From an uncultured Oscillospiraceae bacterium (lineage in GTDB: Bacteria; Bacillota; Clostridia; Oscillospirales; Oscillospiraceae), in the NCBI GenBank assembly GCA_944387785.1, contig CALXGG010000001.1, forward strand, positions 9,541 to 73,540: a DNA stretch of 64,000 nucleotides, written 5' to 3'. Of this stretch, positions 53,849 through 62,405 are shown one piece after another. A program made the translations under genes and the position numbers. Position 1 is the first letter of the stretch. Every line of letters begins with the position of its first letter. The notes beneath the pieces were generated by a model. It was not told where the DNA came from. It worked only from the letters and a program-made list of their open reading frames with translations, and made no database searches.

Positions 53849-55011
53849 AAAAAGGGCTCAAAATCGCGGCCGGCGTGCTGGCCGGCCTTGTAGCAGCCGC
53901 CGCCATCGCCGTGGCCTGCCTGTGGGGCAACGAGATCCGCACCCTCGCCTCTATCAAGGAGCTGGCGCCCTCCAACGACGAACACCGGGACGGCGCGGTG
54001 TATGAGATCACCGTGGCCGGGGACTACTACTTCGACCGCTTCCTGGAGGAGGGCGGCGCTTCCAGCGACACCCAGCTCATCTCCTTTATCACCGGCTGCA
54101 TCGGCAAGGGGATCATCCCCCTGGAGATCCAGGAGTCCAGCATCTCCTGCTCCTCCTTCACCGCCGTGACGGAGGAGGGCGACCGGGTGTTCGGCCGCAA
54201 CTATGACTTTGACAAGACCAACACCGCCATCGTCTACACCAACCCCGGCAACGGCCGCCATGCCTCGGTGTCCACCGTGGACCTCCAGTTCCTGGGCGTG
54301 GATCCCGACGCCGGCGTCACCGGCCTTATGGACAAGTTCCTGTGCCTGGCCGCCCCCTACGCCCCCCTGGACGGCGTCAACGACGCCGGGGTCAGCTGCG
54401 GTATCTATATGACCTATCAGGGGGAGGAAACCGTGGCCACCGACCAGCAGACCGACAAGCCGGACATCACCTCCACCACCATGCTGCGGATGATCCTGGA
54501 CTACGCCTCCACCGTGGACGAGGCCATCGCCCTGGTGGAGCAGTACGACCTCCACGACTCCGCCAACACCTCCTACCACTACATGGTGGCCGACGCCCAG
54601 GGCAACAGCGCCGTCCTGGAGTGGGTGGCCGGCACCGACAGCACCGACAACGACGGCTCCGCCCGGCAGCTCAACGTGATCCGCAACGACCCCGCGGAGA
54701 ACTTCCAGTGCGTGACCAACTTCATCCTCACCCCCGGCTACTACGAGGAGGGAGATGAGATGGGCGGCAAGGACCGCTACGACCTGCTCACCGCCACCCT
54801 GGCGGAGACGGGCGGCACCGTGGCCGACGACCAGGCCGCCATGGACGTGCTGTCCTTGGTGGGCCGGCGGACCTGGGTGGTGGACGGCGACCACACCCAG
54901 GGCACCACCGTCCACAGCGTGGTCTACAACCTCACCGACTGCACCGCCCTCTGGGTAGGCAACGAGCACTACGGGGAGGACGCCTATACCTTCCATCTCC
55001 AGACCCCCTGA
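53845..55011 (+). CDS. membrane-anchored Ntn hydrolase (peptidase C45 / choloylglycine-hydrolase-like linear amide C-N hydrolase)
   Basis: 388 aa. N-terminal TM anchor, about 100-aa pro-region, then a candidate nucleophile Cys in SISCSSFTA followed by GRNYDF. ATGA overlap with marR. Confidence 0.6.
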   Translation: MKKGLKIAAGVLAGLVAAAAIAVACLWGNEIRTLASIKELAPSNDEHRDGAVYEITVAGDYYFDRFLEEGGASSDTQLISFITGCIGKGIIPLEIQESSISCSSFTAVTEEGDRVFGRNYDFDKTNTAIVYTNPGNGRHASVSTVDLQFLGVDPDAGVTGLMDKFLCLAAPYAPLDGVNDAGVSCGIYMTYQGEETVATDQQTDKPDITSTTMLRMILDYASTVDEAIALVEQYDLHDSANTSYHYMVADAQGNSAVLEWVAGTDSTDNDGSARQLNVIRNDPAENFQCVTNFILTPGYYEEGDEMGGKDRYDLLTATLAETGGTVADDQAAMDVLSLVGRRTWVVDGDHTQGTTVHSVVYNLTDCTALWVGNEHYGEDAYTFHLQTP

Positions 55012-55023
55012 CTCCCGCCTATC

Positions 55024-55077
55024 CCGCCCCGCCGCCGGCATATTGCCGGGGCGGGGCTTTTGTTTTTCCTACGCTCC
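55024..55077 (+). terminator. intrinsic terminator
   Basis: CCGCCCCGCCGCCGGCA / TGCCGGGGCGGGG hairpin, then CTTTTGTTTTTCC. Confidence 0.7.
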
Positions 55078-55258
55078 CTGCCGGCAGGGCCGGCTGCCGC
55101 CCCGATGGCGCGCCGTCCCCCCGGCCGGTTTTCCCGCCGCCGGGCATTTTCCCTCTCCCGGAGCGCGGCCATTTGTGGTATACTGAGAAAACAGCGGGGC
55201 CCCTTAAGCCACAGCTAAGCCCCGGGTGATACCCTTTTCCCATGGAGGTGAGCGCTTT

Positions 55259-55933
55259 ATGAAGCTCCTGTACGCAGAGGATGAGGTGAGCATGTCCGAA
55301 GCGGTGGTGGACATCCTGACCTATCACAAATATATTGTCGACGCCGTGTACGACGGCGCGGAGGCCCTGGCCTACGCCCAGGCGGAGACCTACGACGGCA
55401 TCATCCTGGACATCATGATGCCCAAGCTCAGCGGCCTGGAGGTCCTCCGGCAGCTGCGCTCCGGCGGCTGCCGGACCCCTATCCTGCTGCTCACGGCCAA
55501 GGCGGAGGTGGAGGACCAGATCCAGGGCCTGGACCTGGGGGCGGACGACTACCTCCCCAAGCCCTTCCCCATGGACCTGCTGCTGGCCCGGGTCCGTGCC
55601 ATGCTCCGGCGGCGGGAGGCCTTTACCCCCACCGCCCTCACCTGCGGCAACCTGTCCCTCAACCAGCAGAGCTGTGAGCTCTCGGCCAACGGCCGCTCCT
55701 TCGTGCTGCCCAGGCTGGAGTACCAGCTCATGGAGCTGCTGCTCCTCAACAAGGGGATCTACCTCTCCACCGAGGACCTGCTGGTGAAGGTATGGGGCTA
55801 TGACACCGAGGCGGAGCTGGGGACGGTGTGGGTGTATATCTCCTACCTGCGCAAGCGCCTGTCCGCCCTGGACGCCAACGTGGCCATCACCGCCAAGCGG
55901 GGCGTGGGCTACACCCTGGAGGTGACGGCATGA
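55259..55933 (+). CDS. OmpR/PhoB-family response regulator
   Basis: 224 aa from ATG 55259. Receiver LLYAEDE...IILDIMMPKLSG and winged-helix C-terminus VYISYLRKRL. Confidence 0.9.
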   Translation: MKLLYAEDEVSMSEAVVDILTYHKYIVDAVYDGAEALAYAQAETYDGIILDIMMPKLSGLEVLRQLRSGGCRTPILLLTAKAEVEDQIQGLDLGADDYLPKPFPMDLLLARVRAMLRRREAFTPTALTCGNLSLNQQSCELSANGRSFVLPRLEYQLMELLLLNKGIYLSTEDLLVKVWGYDTEAELGTVWVYISYLRKRLSALDANVAITAKRGVGYTLEVTA

Positions 55934-57171
55934 TCCGCTCCCTCCAGCGGCGGTTGGTCACCACCGCCATGACCGCCATCACCGTCCTGCTCCTCCTGCT
56001 GCTGGGAGGCATCAACATCGCCAACATCGTCATCGTGGGCGGCGAGATCGACCGGACCCTCCATGTGGTGGCCCAGGGGGACCTCAGCGCCGGAGGTTTT
56101 GCCCCGGCGGCGGACGCTCTCGCCCCCCGCCCCGGCGGGATGGCGCCGAAAAATGACTACGACACCTTTTTGTCCGCCAACTTTTTCGTGGTGCGCTTCG
56201 ACCCCAGCGACGCCGCCGTCTACACCGACGTGAGCCGCACCTCCGCCGTGACGGAGGAGGAGGCCCGGGCGCTGGCCGCCCAGGCCCTGGACGGGGACAG
56301 CGACAGCGGCCGCTCCGGCCGCTTCCGCTACCTCATCCAGGACGTCCCCGGCGGCAGGGGAAAGACCGCCGTGTTCCTGGACACCTCGGCGGAGCGGTTC
56401 TCCTATCTCCGGGTGCTGCTCCTCTCCGGCGCCGCCGGGCTGGTCTGCTGGGGCTGCATGCTGGCCCTGGTGATCCTCCTCTCCCGGCGGGCCATCCGTC
56501 CCATCGCCGAGAGTCTGGAGAAGCAAAAGCAGTTCGTGACCAACGCCGGCCACGAGCTCAAGACCCCCCTGGCCATCATCCAGTCCAACACGGAGGCCCT
56601 GGAGCTCTACAACGGGGAGAGCAAATGGAGCCGGAACATCAAGGAGCAGATCCTCCGCCTCAGCGGGCTGATGGAGAACCTGCTGGCCCTGGCCCGCATG
56701 GACGAGGGGGCCGTCCAGCCCCGGGCGGCGGACTTCTGCCTGAGCGACCTCCTCGCCGAGGCGGCCGCCCGCTTCGCCCAGCCCATGGAGGCCCGGCGGC
56801 TCTCCCTGGAGTCTGAGATCGCCCCCGGCGTCCATCTCCACGCCGACCCCCGCCAGATCGAGCAGATGATCTCCCTCCTGCTGGACAACGCGGTGAAATA
56901 CGCCGACGAGGGGGGCACGGTGTGCCTCCGCCTGGCCGAAACCGACCGGCAGGTGGTGCTGGAGCTGGAGAACACCTGCCCCTCCCTCCCCGCCGTGCCG
57001 CCGGAAAAGCTCTTCGACCGCTTCTACCGGGGGGACGGCGCCCGGACCCAGAAGAGCGGCGGCTACGGCATCGGCCTTTCCGCCGCCCGCTCCCTGGCCC
57101 AGGCCAACCGCGGCTCCCTCCGCGCTGACTATGTGCCTCCCCGCCGCATCCGCTTCACCGCGAGATTCTGA
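55930..57171 (+). CDS. sensor histidine kinase (two TM segments, HisKA + HATPase_c)
   Basis: 413 aa, ATGA overlap with the response regulator. H-box HELKTPLAIIQSN, N-box LLDNAVKYA, G-box GGYGIGLS. Confidence 0.9.
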   Translation: MIRSLQRRLVTTAMTAITVLLLLLLGGINIANIVIVGGEIDRTLHVVAQGDLSAGGFAPAADALAPRPGGMAPKNDYDTFLSANFFVVRFDPSDAAVYTDVSRTSAVTEEEARALAAQALDGDSDSGRSGRFRYLIQDVPGGRGKTAVFLDTSAERFSYLRVLLLSGAAGLVCWGCMLALVILLSRRAIRPIAESLEKQKQFVTNAGHELKTPLAIIQSNTEALELYNGESKWSRNIKEQILRLSGLMENLLALARMDEGAVQPRAADFCLSDLLAEAAARFAQPMEARRLSLESEIAPGVHLHADPRQIEQMISLLLDNAVKYADEGGTVCLRLAETDRQVVLELENTCPSLPAVPPEKLFDRFYRGDGARTQKSGGYGIGLSAARSLAQANRGSLRADYVPPRRIRFTARF

Positions 57172-57186
57172 TCCTTTCCCCCTTCC

Positions 57187-57221
57187 GGGACGCCGCGCAG
57201 ACGCGCGGCGTCCCCTTTTTT
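57187..57221 (+). terminator. intrinsic terminator after the kinase gene
   Basis: GGGACGCCGCGC aga GCGCGGCGTCCC, then CTTTTTT. Confidence 0.75.
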
Positions 57222-57222
57222 G

Positions 57223-57240
57223 CTTCTAAACTCCTTCTAA
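57223..57240 (+). promoter_or_regulatory. direct repeat CTTCTAA x2 with 11-bp phasing (candidate response-regulator box)
   Basis: CTTCTAA occurs at 57223-57229 and 57234-57240, 47-64 bp upstream of the VTC-domain gene start. No good -35 box is nearby. Confidence 0.35.
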
Positions 57241-57286
57241 GGTTGCCGCCCTATCCTTTCCACAGCGAACAGAAAGGAGGCGCCCC

Positions 57287-57955
57287 ATGGACTATCGCCA
57301 TGAGTGGAAGCACGAGATCGGCTACCCGGACCTGCTGGCCCTCCGCCGCCGGCTGGCGGCGGTGATGGACCCGGACCCCCACGCCGCAAACGGCAAATAT
57401 GACATCCGGAGCCTGTATTTCGACAACCTGGCGGACAGGGCCCTGCGGGAAAAGCTGGACGGCGTCAACGGCCGGGAAAAGTTCCGCATCCGCTGCTACA
57501 ACGGCAGCGCCGCCCTGCTCCTGCTGGAAAAAAAGGGCAAAATCAACGGTCTTTGCCGCAAGGAGCAGGAGTCCCTGTCCCGGGAGGAGGTCCGCCGGAT
57601 CCTCCGGGGGGACATGGCCCCGCCCCCGGCGGGCAGGCCCCTCCTGACGGAGCTCTGCCGGAAAATGGCCCTCCAGGGGCTCCGCCCCCGGACCATCGTG
57701 GACTACACCCGGGAACCCTTCGTCTTTGGGCCGGGGAACGTCCGGGTCACCCTGGACCACCACATCCGCACGGGCCTCGCGGGCACCGACCTTCTGGACC
57801 CGGAGTGCGTCACCATCCCGGTCCGGGGGGACCCCATCATCCTGGAGGTGAAGTGGGACGCCTTCCTCCCTGCCGTGATCCGGGACATCGTCCAGGTCCC
57901 CGGCACCCACACCTCCGCCTACTCCAAATACGCCGCCTGCCGCGTCTTTGGCTGA
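57287..57955 (+). CDS. VTC-domain protein (triphosphate-tunnel, polyphosphate-polymerase-like)
   Basis: 222 aa. RBS AGAAAGGAGG. EWKHEI...IRSLYFDN...REKFRIRCYNG...LEKKGK pattern is typical of bacterial VTC/TTM-domain proteins. Confidence 0.7.
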   Translation: MDYRHEWKHEIGYPDLLALRRRLAAVMDPDPHAANGKYDIRSLYFDNLADRALREKLDGVNGREKFRIRCYNGSAALLLLEKKGKINGLCRKEQESLSREEVRRILRGDMAPPPAGRPLLTELCRKMALQGLRPRTIVDYTREPFVFGPGNVRVTLDHHIRTGLAGTDLLDPECVTIPVRGDPIILEVKWDAFLPAVIRDIVQVPGTHTSAYSKYAACRVFG

Positions 57956-57989
57956 GCGGCCCCATTCTATGAACAGGAGCGTATCCACC

Positions 57990-58661
57990 ATGACCTTTCA
58001 GGACATCTTCAAATCCAGCTTCCTTGAAAACATCAGCAGCGTCTCCCTGCTGGACATGGCCATCGCCATGGCCCTGGCCTTCGGCCTTGGCCTTTTCATC
58101 TTCCTCATCTACAAAAAGACCTTTGCCGGGGTCATGTACTCCTCCAGCTTCGGCGTGACCCTGGTGGCCCTGACCATGATCTCCACCCTGGTGATCCTGG
58201 CGGTTACCTCCAACGTGGTGCTGTCCCTGGGCATGGTGGGCGCCCTGTCCATCGTCCGCTTCCGCACCGCCATCAAGGAGCCCCTGGACATCGCCTTCCT
58301 CTTCTGGGCCATCGCCGTGGGCATCGTCCTGGCGGCGGGGATGATCCCCCTGGCCGTGTTCGGCAGCGTCATCATCGGCGTGGTGCTGCTGCTCTTCGCC
58401 AACCGAAAGTCCCATGTGAACCCCTACATCGTGGTCCTGCGCTGCGAGGGCCACGACAGCGAGGTGATGGCCACCGAGTTCCTCAAAAAGCAGGTCCGCC
58501 GCATGGTCATCAAAAGTAAGACCGTCCAGCGGGGCTCCGTGGAGATCAACGCCGAGATCCGCATGGGGGACGACAACACCGACTTCATCAACATCCTCTC
58601 GGAGATGAGCGGCGTGACCAGCGCCGTGCTGGTCAGCTACAACGGCGACTACCTGGGCTGA
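57990..58661 (+). CDS. DUF4956-family multi-pass membrane protein
   Basis: 223 aa from ATG 57990 (alternative start ATG 57969). Three to four TM segments, then a soluble C-terminal domain. It has the usual partner position between VTC and CotH genes. Confidence 0.65.
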   Translation: MTFQDIFKSSFLENISSVSLLDMAIAMALAFGLGLFIFLIYKKTFAGVMYSSSFGVTLVALTMISTLVILAVTSNVVLSLGMVGALSIVRFRTAIKEPLDIAFLFWAIAVGIVLAAGMIPLAVFGSVIIGVVLLLFANRKSHVNPYIVVLRCEGHDSEVMATEFLKKQVRRMVIKSKTVQRGSVEINAEIRMGDDNTDFINILSEMSGVTSAVLVSYNGDYLG

Positions 58662-58676
58662 GCGGAGGGAGCGGCC

Positions 58677-60737
58677 ATGTCCACCCACAAAGCCATTGAC
58701 AGGATCTGCTGCGCCGGTATCGTGCTGGCCGTGCTCCTGGCCCTCGTCTTTATGAACGGGGAGAGCCTGGGCATACAGGCGGCCTCCTCCGTCCTGGGCT
58801 ACGAGGACCGCCTCTTCGACACCGGGACCGTCCACACCATCGACATCGTCATGGACGACTGGGAGGGCTTCCTGGAGGGCTGCACCGACGAGGAATACGT
58901 CCTCTGCGACCTGGTCATCGACGGCGAGACCTGCGCCAACGTGGCCATCCGGGCCAAGGGGAACACCTCCCTCACCCAGGTGGCCAGCTACGGCAACGAC
59001 CGGTACAGCTTCAAGATCGAATTCGACCACTACGACAGCGGCAACACCTACCACGGCCTGGATAAGCTGTGCCTCAACAATATCATCCAGGACAACACCT
59101 ATATGAAGGACTACCTCACCTACCAGATGATGGCCGCCTTCGGCGTGAACGCCCCCCTGTGCAGCTTCGTCTACCTCACCGTCAACGGCGAGGACTGGGG
59201 GCTGTACCTGGCGGTGGAAGGCGTGGAGGACGCCTTCCTCCAGCGCAATTACGGCAGCAACAGCGGGGAACTCTATAAGCCCGACACCATGGACATGGGC
59301 GGCGGCCGCAGCAACGGCGGCGCCTTCGACATGGAGGAGTGGATGGCCGGCCGGGAGGCGGATGGCGCGGAGGACGCCTTCGACCGGGACGCTTTCCTCC
59401 CGGAGCGGGGCGAGGGCGCGGAGGCCGGGGATATGCCGGAGCCGCCCCAGGGCGGGGCCTTCGGCGCGGCCCCGGAGGGAGAATCTCCCTTTGTCGGCGC
59501 GCCCGGAGAGGCGGCGGAAGGCTCCGGTGACGGCGGCTCCGCCTTCGGCGGACGGGGCGGCGGCATGGGCGGCTCCCTGGGCAGCGACGACGTCTCCCTC
59601 CTCTACACCGACGACGACTATGACAGTTATTCCAACATCTTCGAGAACGCCAAGACCGACATCACCGACGCCGACAAGGACCGGCTCATCCAGTCCCTCC
59701 GGCTGCTGAACGAAGGGGAGGACATCGAGAGCGTGGTGGATGTGGAGCAGGTGATCCGCTACTTCGTGGTCCACAACTTCGTCTGCAACTTTGACAGCTA
59801 CACCGGCTCCATGATCCACAACTACTACCTCTACGAGGAGGACGGGCAGCTGTCCATGATCCCCTGGGACTACAACCTGGCCTTCGGCGGCTTCCAGGGT
59901 TCCGAGGATGCCACCGCCCTGGTGAACTACCCCATCGACACGCCGGTGTCCGGCGGCAGCGTGGATTCCCGGCCCATGCTGGCCTGGATCTTCGCCAGCG
60001 AGGAGTATACCGAGCTCTACCACCAGTATTTCGACGAATTCATCTCAGGCTATTTCGGGAGCGGCTATTTCAGCCAGCTGATGGACCAGGTGTACGACCT
60101 CATCGCCCCCTATGTGGAGCGGGATCCCACCAAGTTCTGCACCTACGAGGAGTTCGAGGCGGGCTTCGCCGCCCTGGAGCAGTTCTGCCTCCTGCGGGCG
60201 GAGAGCGTCCAGGGGCAGCTGGAGGGGACCATCCCCGCCACCTCCGACGGCCAGAGCCAGGACAGCAGCGCCCTCATCGACGCCTCCGGGCTCACCATCT
60301 CCGACATGGGCTCCATGAACGGCGGCGGGATGGGCCTGCCCGGCGGGCGCGGGGACTTCCCCGGCACGGCGGAGGATGGGTCCCCGGCGGCACCTTCTTC
60401 CGGCGGCTTTCCTGAAGATGGAGTAGCCCGGGACGCCCTCCCCGAGGGCGAGGAAGCCCCGGAGACCCTCCCGGATGACGCCGCTGAGGCCCCGGGCGCC
60501 GGAGCCCCGGCGGACAGCGGCAGCGAGGCGATCCGGCCTGGCCAGGACGGCGGTTTCTCCCGGCAGGAGGACGGTTTCTCCGGCCAGGGCGGCTTTACTG
60601 TCCCGGACGGCAGTTTCTCCGCCCCGGACGGCGGCCTCTCCGGCCAAAGCACGGAGTCGGCCCTGCTCCTGGGCGTCAGCGCCGCCGTACTGCTGGCGGC
60701 CATCGCCGCCGCCCTGCTCTACAAAAAGCGGGTATGA
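58677..60737 (+). CDS. CotH-family (atypical kinase fold) protein with N- and C-terminal membrane anchors
   Basis: 686 aa. RAKGNTSL, YSFKIEFDHY, LNNIIQDNTYMKDYLTYQMM, WGLYLAVEGV, and YLYEEDGQLSMIPWDYNLAFG CotH-type blocks. Low-complexity insert and C-terminal repeats. Confidence 0.75.
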   Translation: MSTHKAIDRICCAGIVLAVLLALVFMNGESLGIQAASSVLGYEDRLFDTGTVHTIDIVMDDWEGFLEGCTDEEYVLCDLVIDGETCANVAIRAKGNTSLTQVASYGNDRYSFKIEFDHYDSGNTYHGLDKLCLNNIIQDNTYMKDYLTYQMMAAFGVNAPLCSFVYLTVNGEDWGLYLAVEGVEDAFLQRNYGSNSGELYKPDTMDMGGGRSNGGAFDMEEWMAGREADGAEDAFDRDAFLPERGEGAEAGDMPEPPQGGAFGAAPEGESPFVGAPGEAAEGSGDGGSAFGGRGGGMGGSLGSDDVSLLYTDDDYDSYSNIFENAKTDITDADKDRLIQSLRLLNEGEDIESVVDVEQVIRYFVVHNFVCNFDSYTGSMIHNYYLYEEDGQLSMIPWDYNLAFGGFQGSEDATALVNYPIDTPVSGGSVDSRPMLAWIFASEEYTELYHQYFDEFISGYFGSGYFSQLMDQVYDLIAPYVERDPTKFCTYEEFEAGFAALEQFCLLRAESVQGQLEGTIPATSDGQSQDSSALIDASGLTISDMGSMNGGGMGLPGGRGDFPGTAEDGSPAAPSSGGFPEDGVARDALPEGEEAPETLPDDAAEAPGAGAPADSGSEAIRPGQDGGFSRQEDGFSGQGGFTVPDGSFSAPDGGLSGQSTESALLLGVSAAVLLAAIAAALLYKKRV
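60546..60648 (+). repeat. imperfect tandem coding repeat (GACGG-N-GTTTCTCC units) encoding DG(G)FS repeats
   Basis: Four to five degenerate 21-24-nt units are visible in the sequence. They translate to DGGFSRQEDGFSGQGGFTVPDGSFSAPDGGLSGQ. Confidence 0.6.
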
Positions 60738-60754
60738 CCTGCCCCACAGCGCAA

Positions 60755-60796
60755 AGCCGCGGCAGCGCACACGCTGCCGCGGCTGTTTTCTCTTTT
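60755..60796. terminator. intrinsic terminator between convergent genes
   Basis: AGCCGCGGCAGCG cacac GCTGCCGCGGCT, then GTTTTCTCTTTT. Confidence 0.75.
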
Positions 60797-60802
60797 CCGC
60801 CC

Positions 60803-61459
60803 CTAACCCTCCAGGGACGCGGCCAGGGAGCGGACCGTCTCCTCCGAAAGGCCCAGCGCCCGCTCCAGCAGCGCCTCCCCCTGCCGCCGGTACCGGGCGG
60901 CAAGATCTTTATCCTTCAGGCTGCCCACGTTGATGAGCACGTTCAGCCAGGCCCCCCGGGCGCAGGCGCCCAGGGACAGCGCCGCCACCCCCAGGTCGCT
61001 GGCGGCGCTCTCGTTGAAGCGGCCGGGCAGGGAGGCGGTCAGCGCCAGGGCCTCCGCCGCCAGCTCCATGACGCGCAGGGGCGTCTGCGTACACAGGGCC
61101 AGGCCCCGCTGGATGGCCGCCGACCGGGCCGCCTTCTCCTCCTCCGTGGCTTTGGGCATGGCAAAGGCCCGGCTCACCTGGAGGAATGCCTCCGTATCCT
61201 GGTCCATGGCTTCCAGGAGCGCCTTCCGCAGGGCCTCCGCCCTGTCCCGGACGGCGGCGATCTCCTCCCGGTGGGCGTCGTACCGCGCCTTCCCCAGGGT
61301 CAGCTCGCAGACCATGGCGGTGAGGGCCGCTCCCACGGCCCCCTCCAGGGCGGCGGCGGAGCCTCCGCCTGGGGCGGGCGCATCGGAGGCCAAAAGGGCG
61401 GTAAACGCCTCTACCGGCTGCTCTGCCAGCAGCGGGGATCTCGTCTGCTGATACTCCAT
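60803..61459 (-). CDS. formimidoyltetrahydrofolate cyclodeaminase / cyclohydrolase-family protein
   Basis: 218 aa. PAPGGGSAAALEGAVGAALTAMV motif is typical of the FtcD C-terminal-type domain. Confidence 0.8.
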   Translation of the reverse strand: MEYQQTRSPLLAEQPVEAFTALLASDAPAPGGGSAAALEGAVGAALTAMVCELTLGKARYDAHREEIAAVRDRAEALRKALLEAMDQDTEAFLQVSRAFAMPKATEEEKAARSAAIQRGLALCTQTPLRVMELAAEALALTASLPGRFNESAASDLGVAALSLGACARGAWLNVLINVGSLKDKDLAARYRRQGEALLERALGLSEETVRSLAASLEG

Positions 61460-61475
61460 CTTTCTGCTCCCCCCC

Positions 61476-62387
61476 TTACTCCCGGTCCAGCAGGCGGTAT
61501 TCCATCACCTGCTTGCGGCAGTCAAAGCCCTCCATCTTCAGGTAGTACTCCGCGCAGTCCAGCAGAGCCTTGGCCGGTGTCAGGCCCACCAGCTCGCTGC
61601 CGATGATCCGCACGCCGTAGCGGTCCGCCAGGGCCCGGATCATCTCAAAGGCGTAGTAGATGGGCGTGCCCTCGTAGTTCACCAGGTTCATGGACACCTG
61701 GGCGATGTTGCGCTCCTCCAGCATGACGCCGATGGCCTTGCAGTACTGGAAGCCGCCGTTGGAGCCCCGGATAGCCCGGGCGATCTTGTTGGCGATCTCC
61801 AGGTCGCTGGTATCCAGGTTGACGTTATAGGCGATGAGGGGCATCCGGGCGCCGATGGCGATGATGCCGGCGGTGGGGTGGATCTTCCGCTCCCCGTAAT
61901 CCGGCGCCCACTCCGGCTGGAGCAGCTTCTCCGGCATCCCCTCGAACTGCCCCTTGCGGACCTTGGCCAGATTGACCCGATCCGGAGAGGTGGCGGAGTC
62001 CTCATAGAGGAAGGAGGGCACCTTCAGCTCCTCCCAGATCCGCTGGGCCACCCGCTTGCTCAGCGCCACGCACTCCGTCACGGTCATGTCCATGGTGGGG
62101 ACGAAGGGGATCACATCGGTGGCCCCCATCCGGGGGTGCTGGCCCTTGTGCTTGGTCATGTCGATGCGCTCGGTGGCCTTCGCCGTCAGGCGGAAGGCCG
62201 CCTCCTCGATGGCCTGGGGAGACCCCACCATCGTAAATACGCAGCGGTTATGGTCCCCGTCGGACTGGACATCCAGCACCGCGCAGCCGGGGACGCTGCC
62301 CGCGGTATCCACCAGCTCCTGGAACACCGCCGGATCCGACTGCCTGCTGACGCTGAAATTGGGGATGCACTCTACCAGTTTTGCCAT
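61476..62387 (-). CDS. glutamate formimidoyltransferase
   Basis: 303 aa. N-terminal LVECIPNFSVSR and HPRMGATDVIPFVP blocks. Confidence 0.85.
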   Translation of the reverse strand: MAKLVECIPNFSVSRQSDPAVFQELVDTAGSVPGCAVLDVQSDGDHNRCVFTMVGSPQAIEEAAFRLTAKATERIDMTKHKGQHPRMGATDVIPFVPTMDMTVTECVALSKRVAQRIWEELKVPSFLYEDSATSPDRVNLAKVRKGQFEGMPEKLLQPEWAPDYGERKIHPTAGIIAIGARMPLIAYNVNLDTSDLEIANKIARAIRGSNGGFQYCKAIGVMLEERNIAQVSMNLVNYEGTPIYYAFEMIRALADRYGVRIIGSELVGLTPAKALLDCAEYYLKMEGFDCRKQVMEYRLLDRE

Positions 62388-62405
62388 ATCGTTTCCTCTC
62401 CGGGC

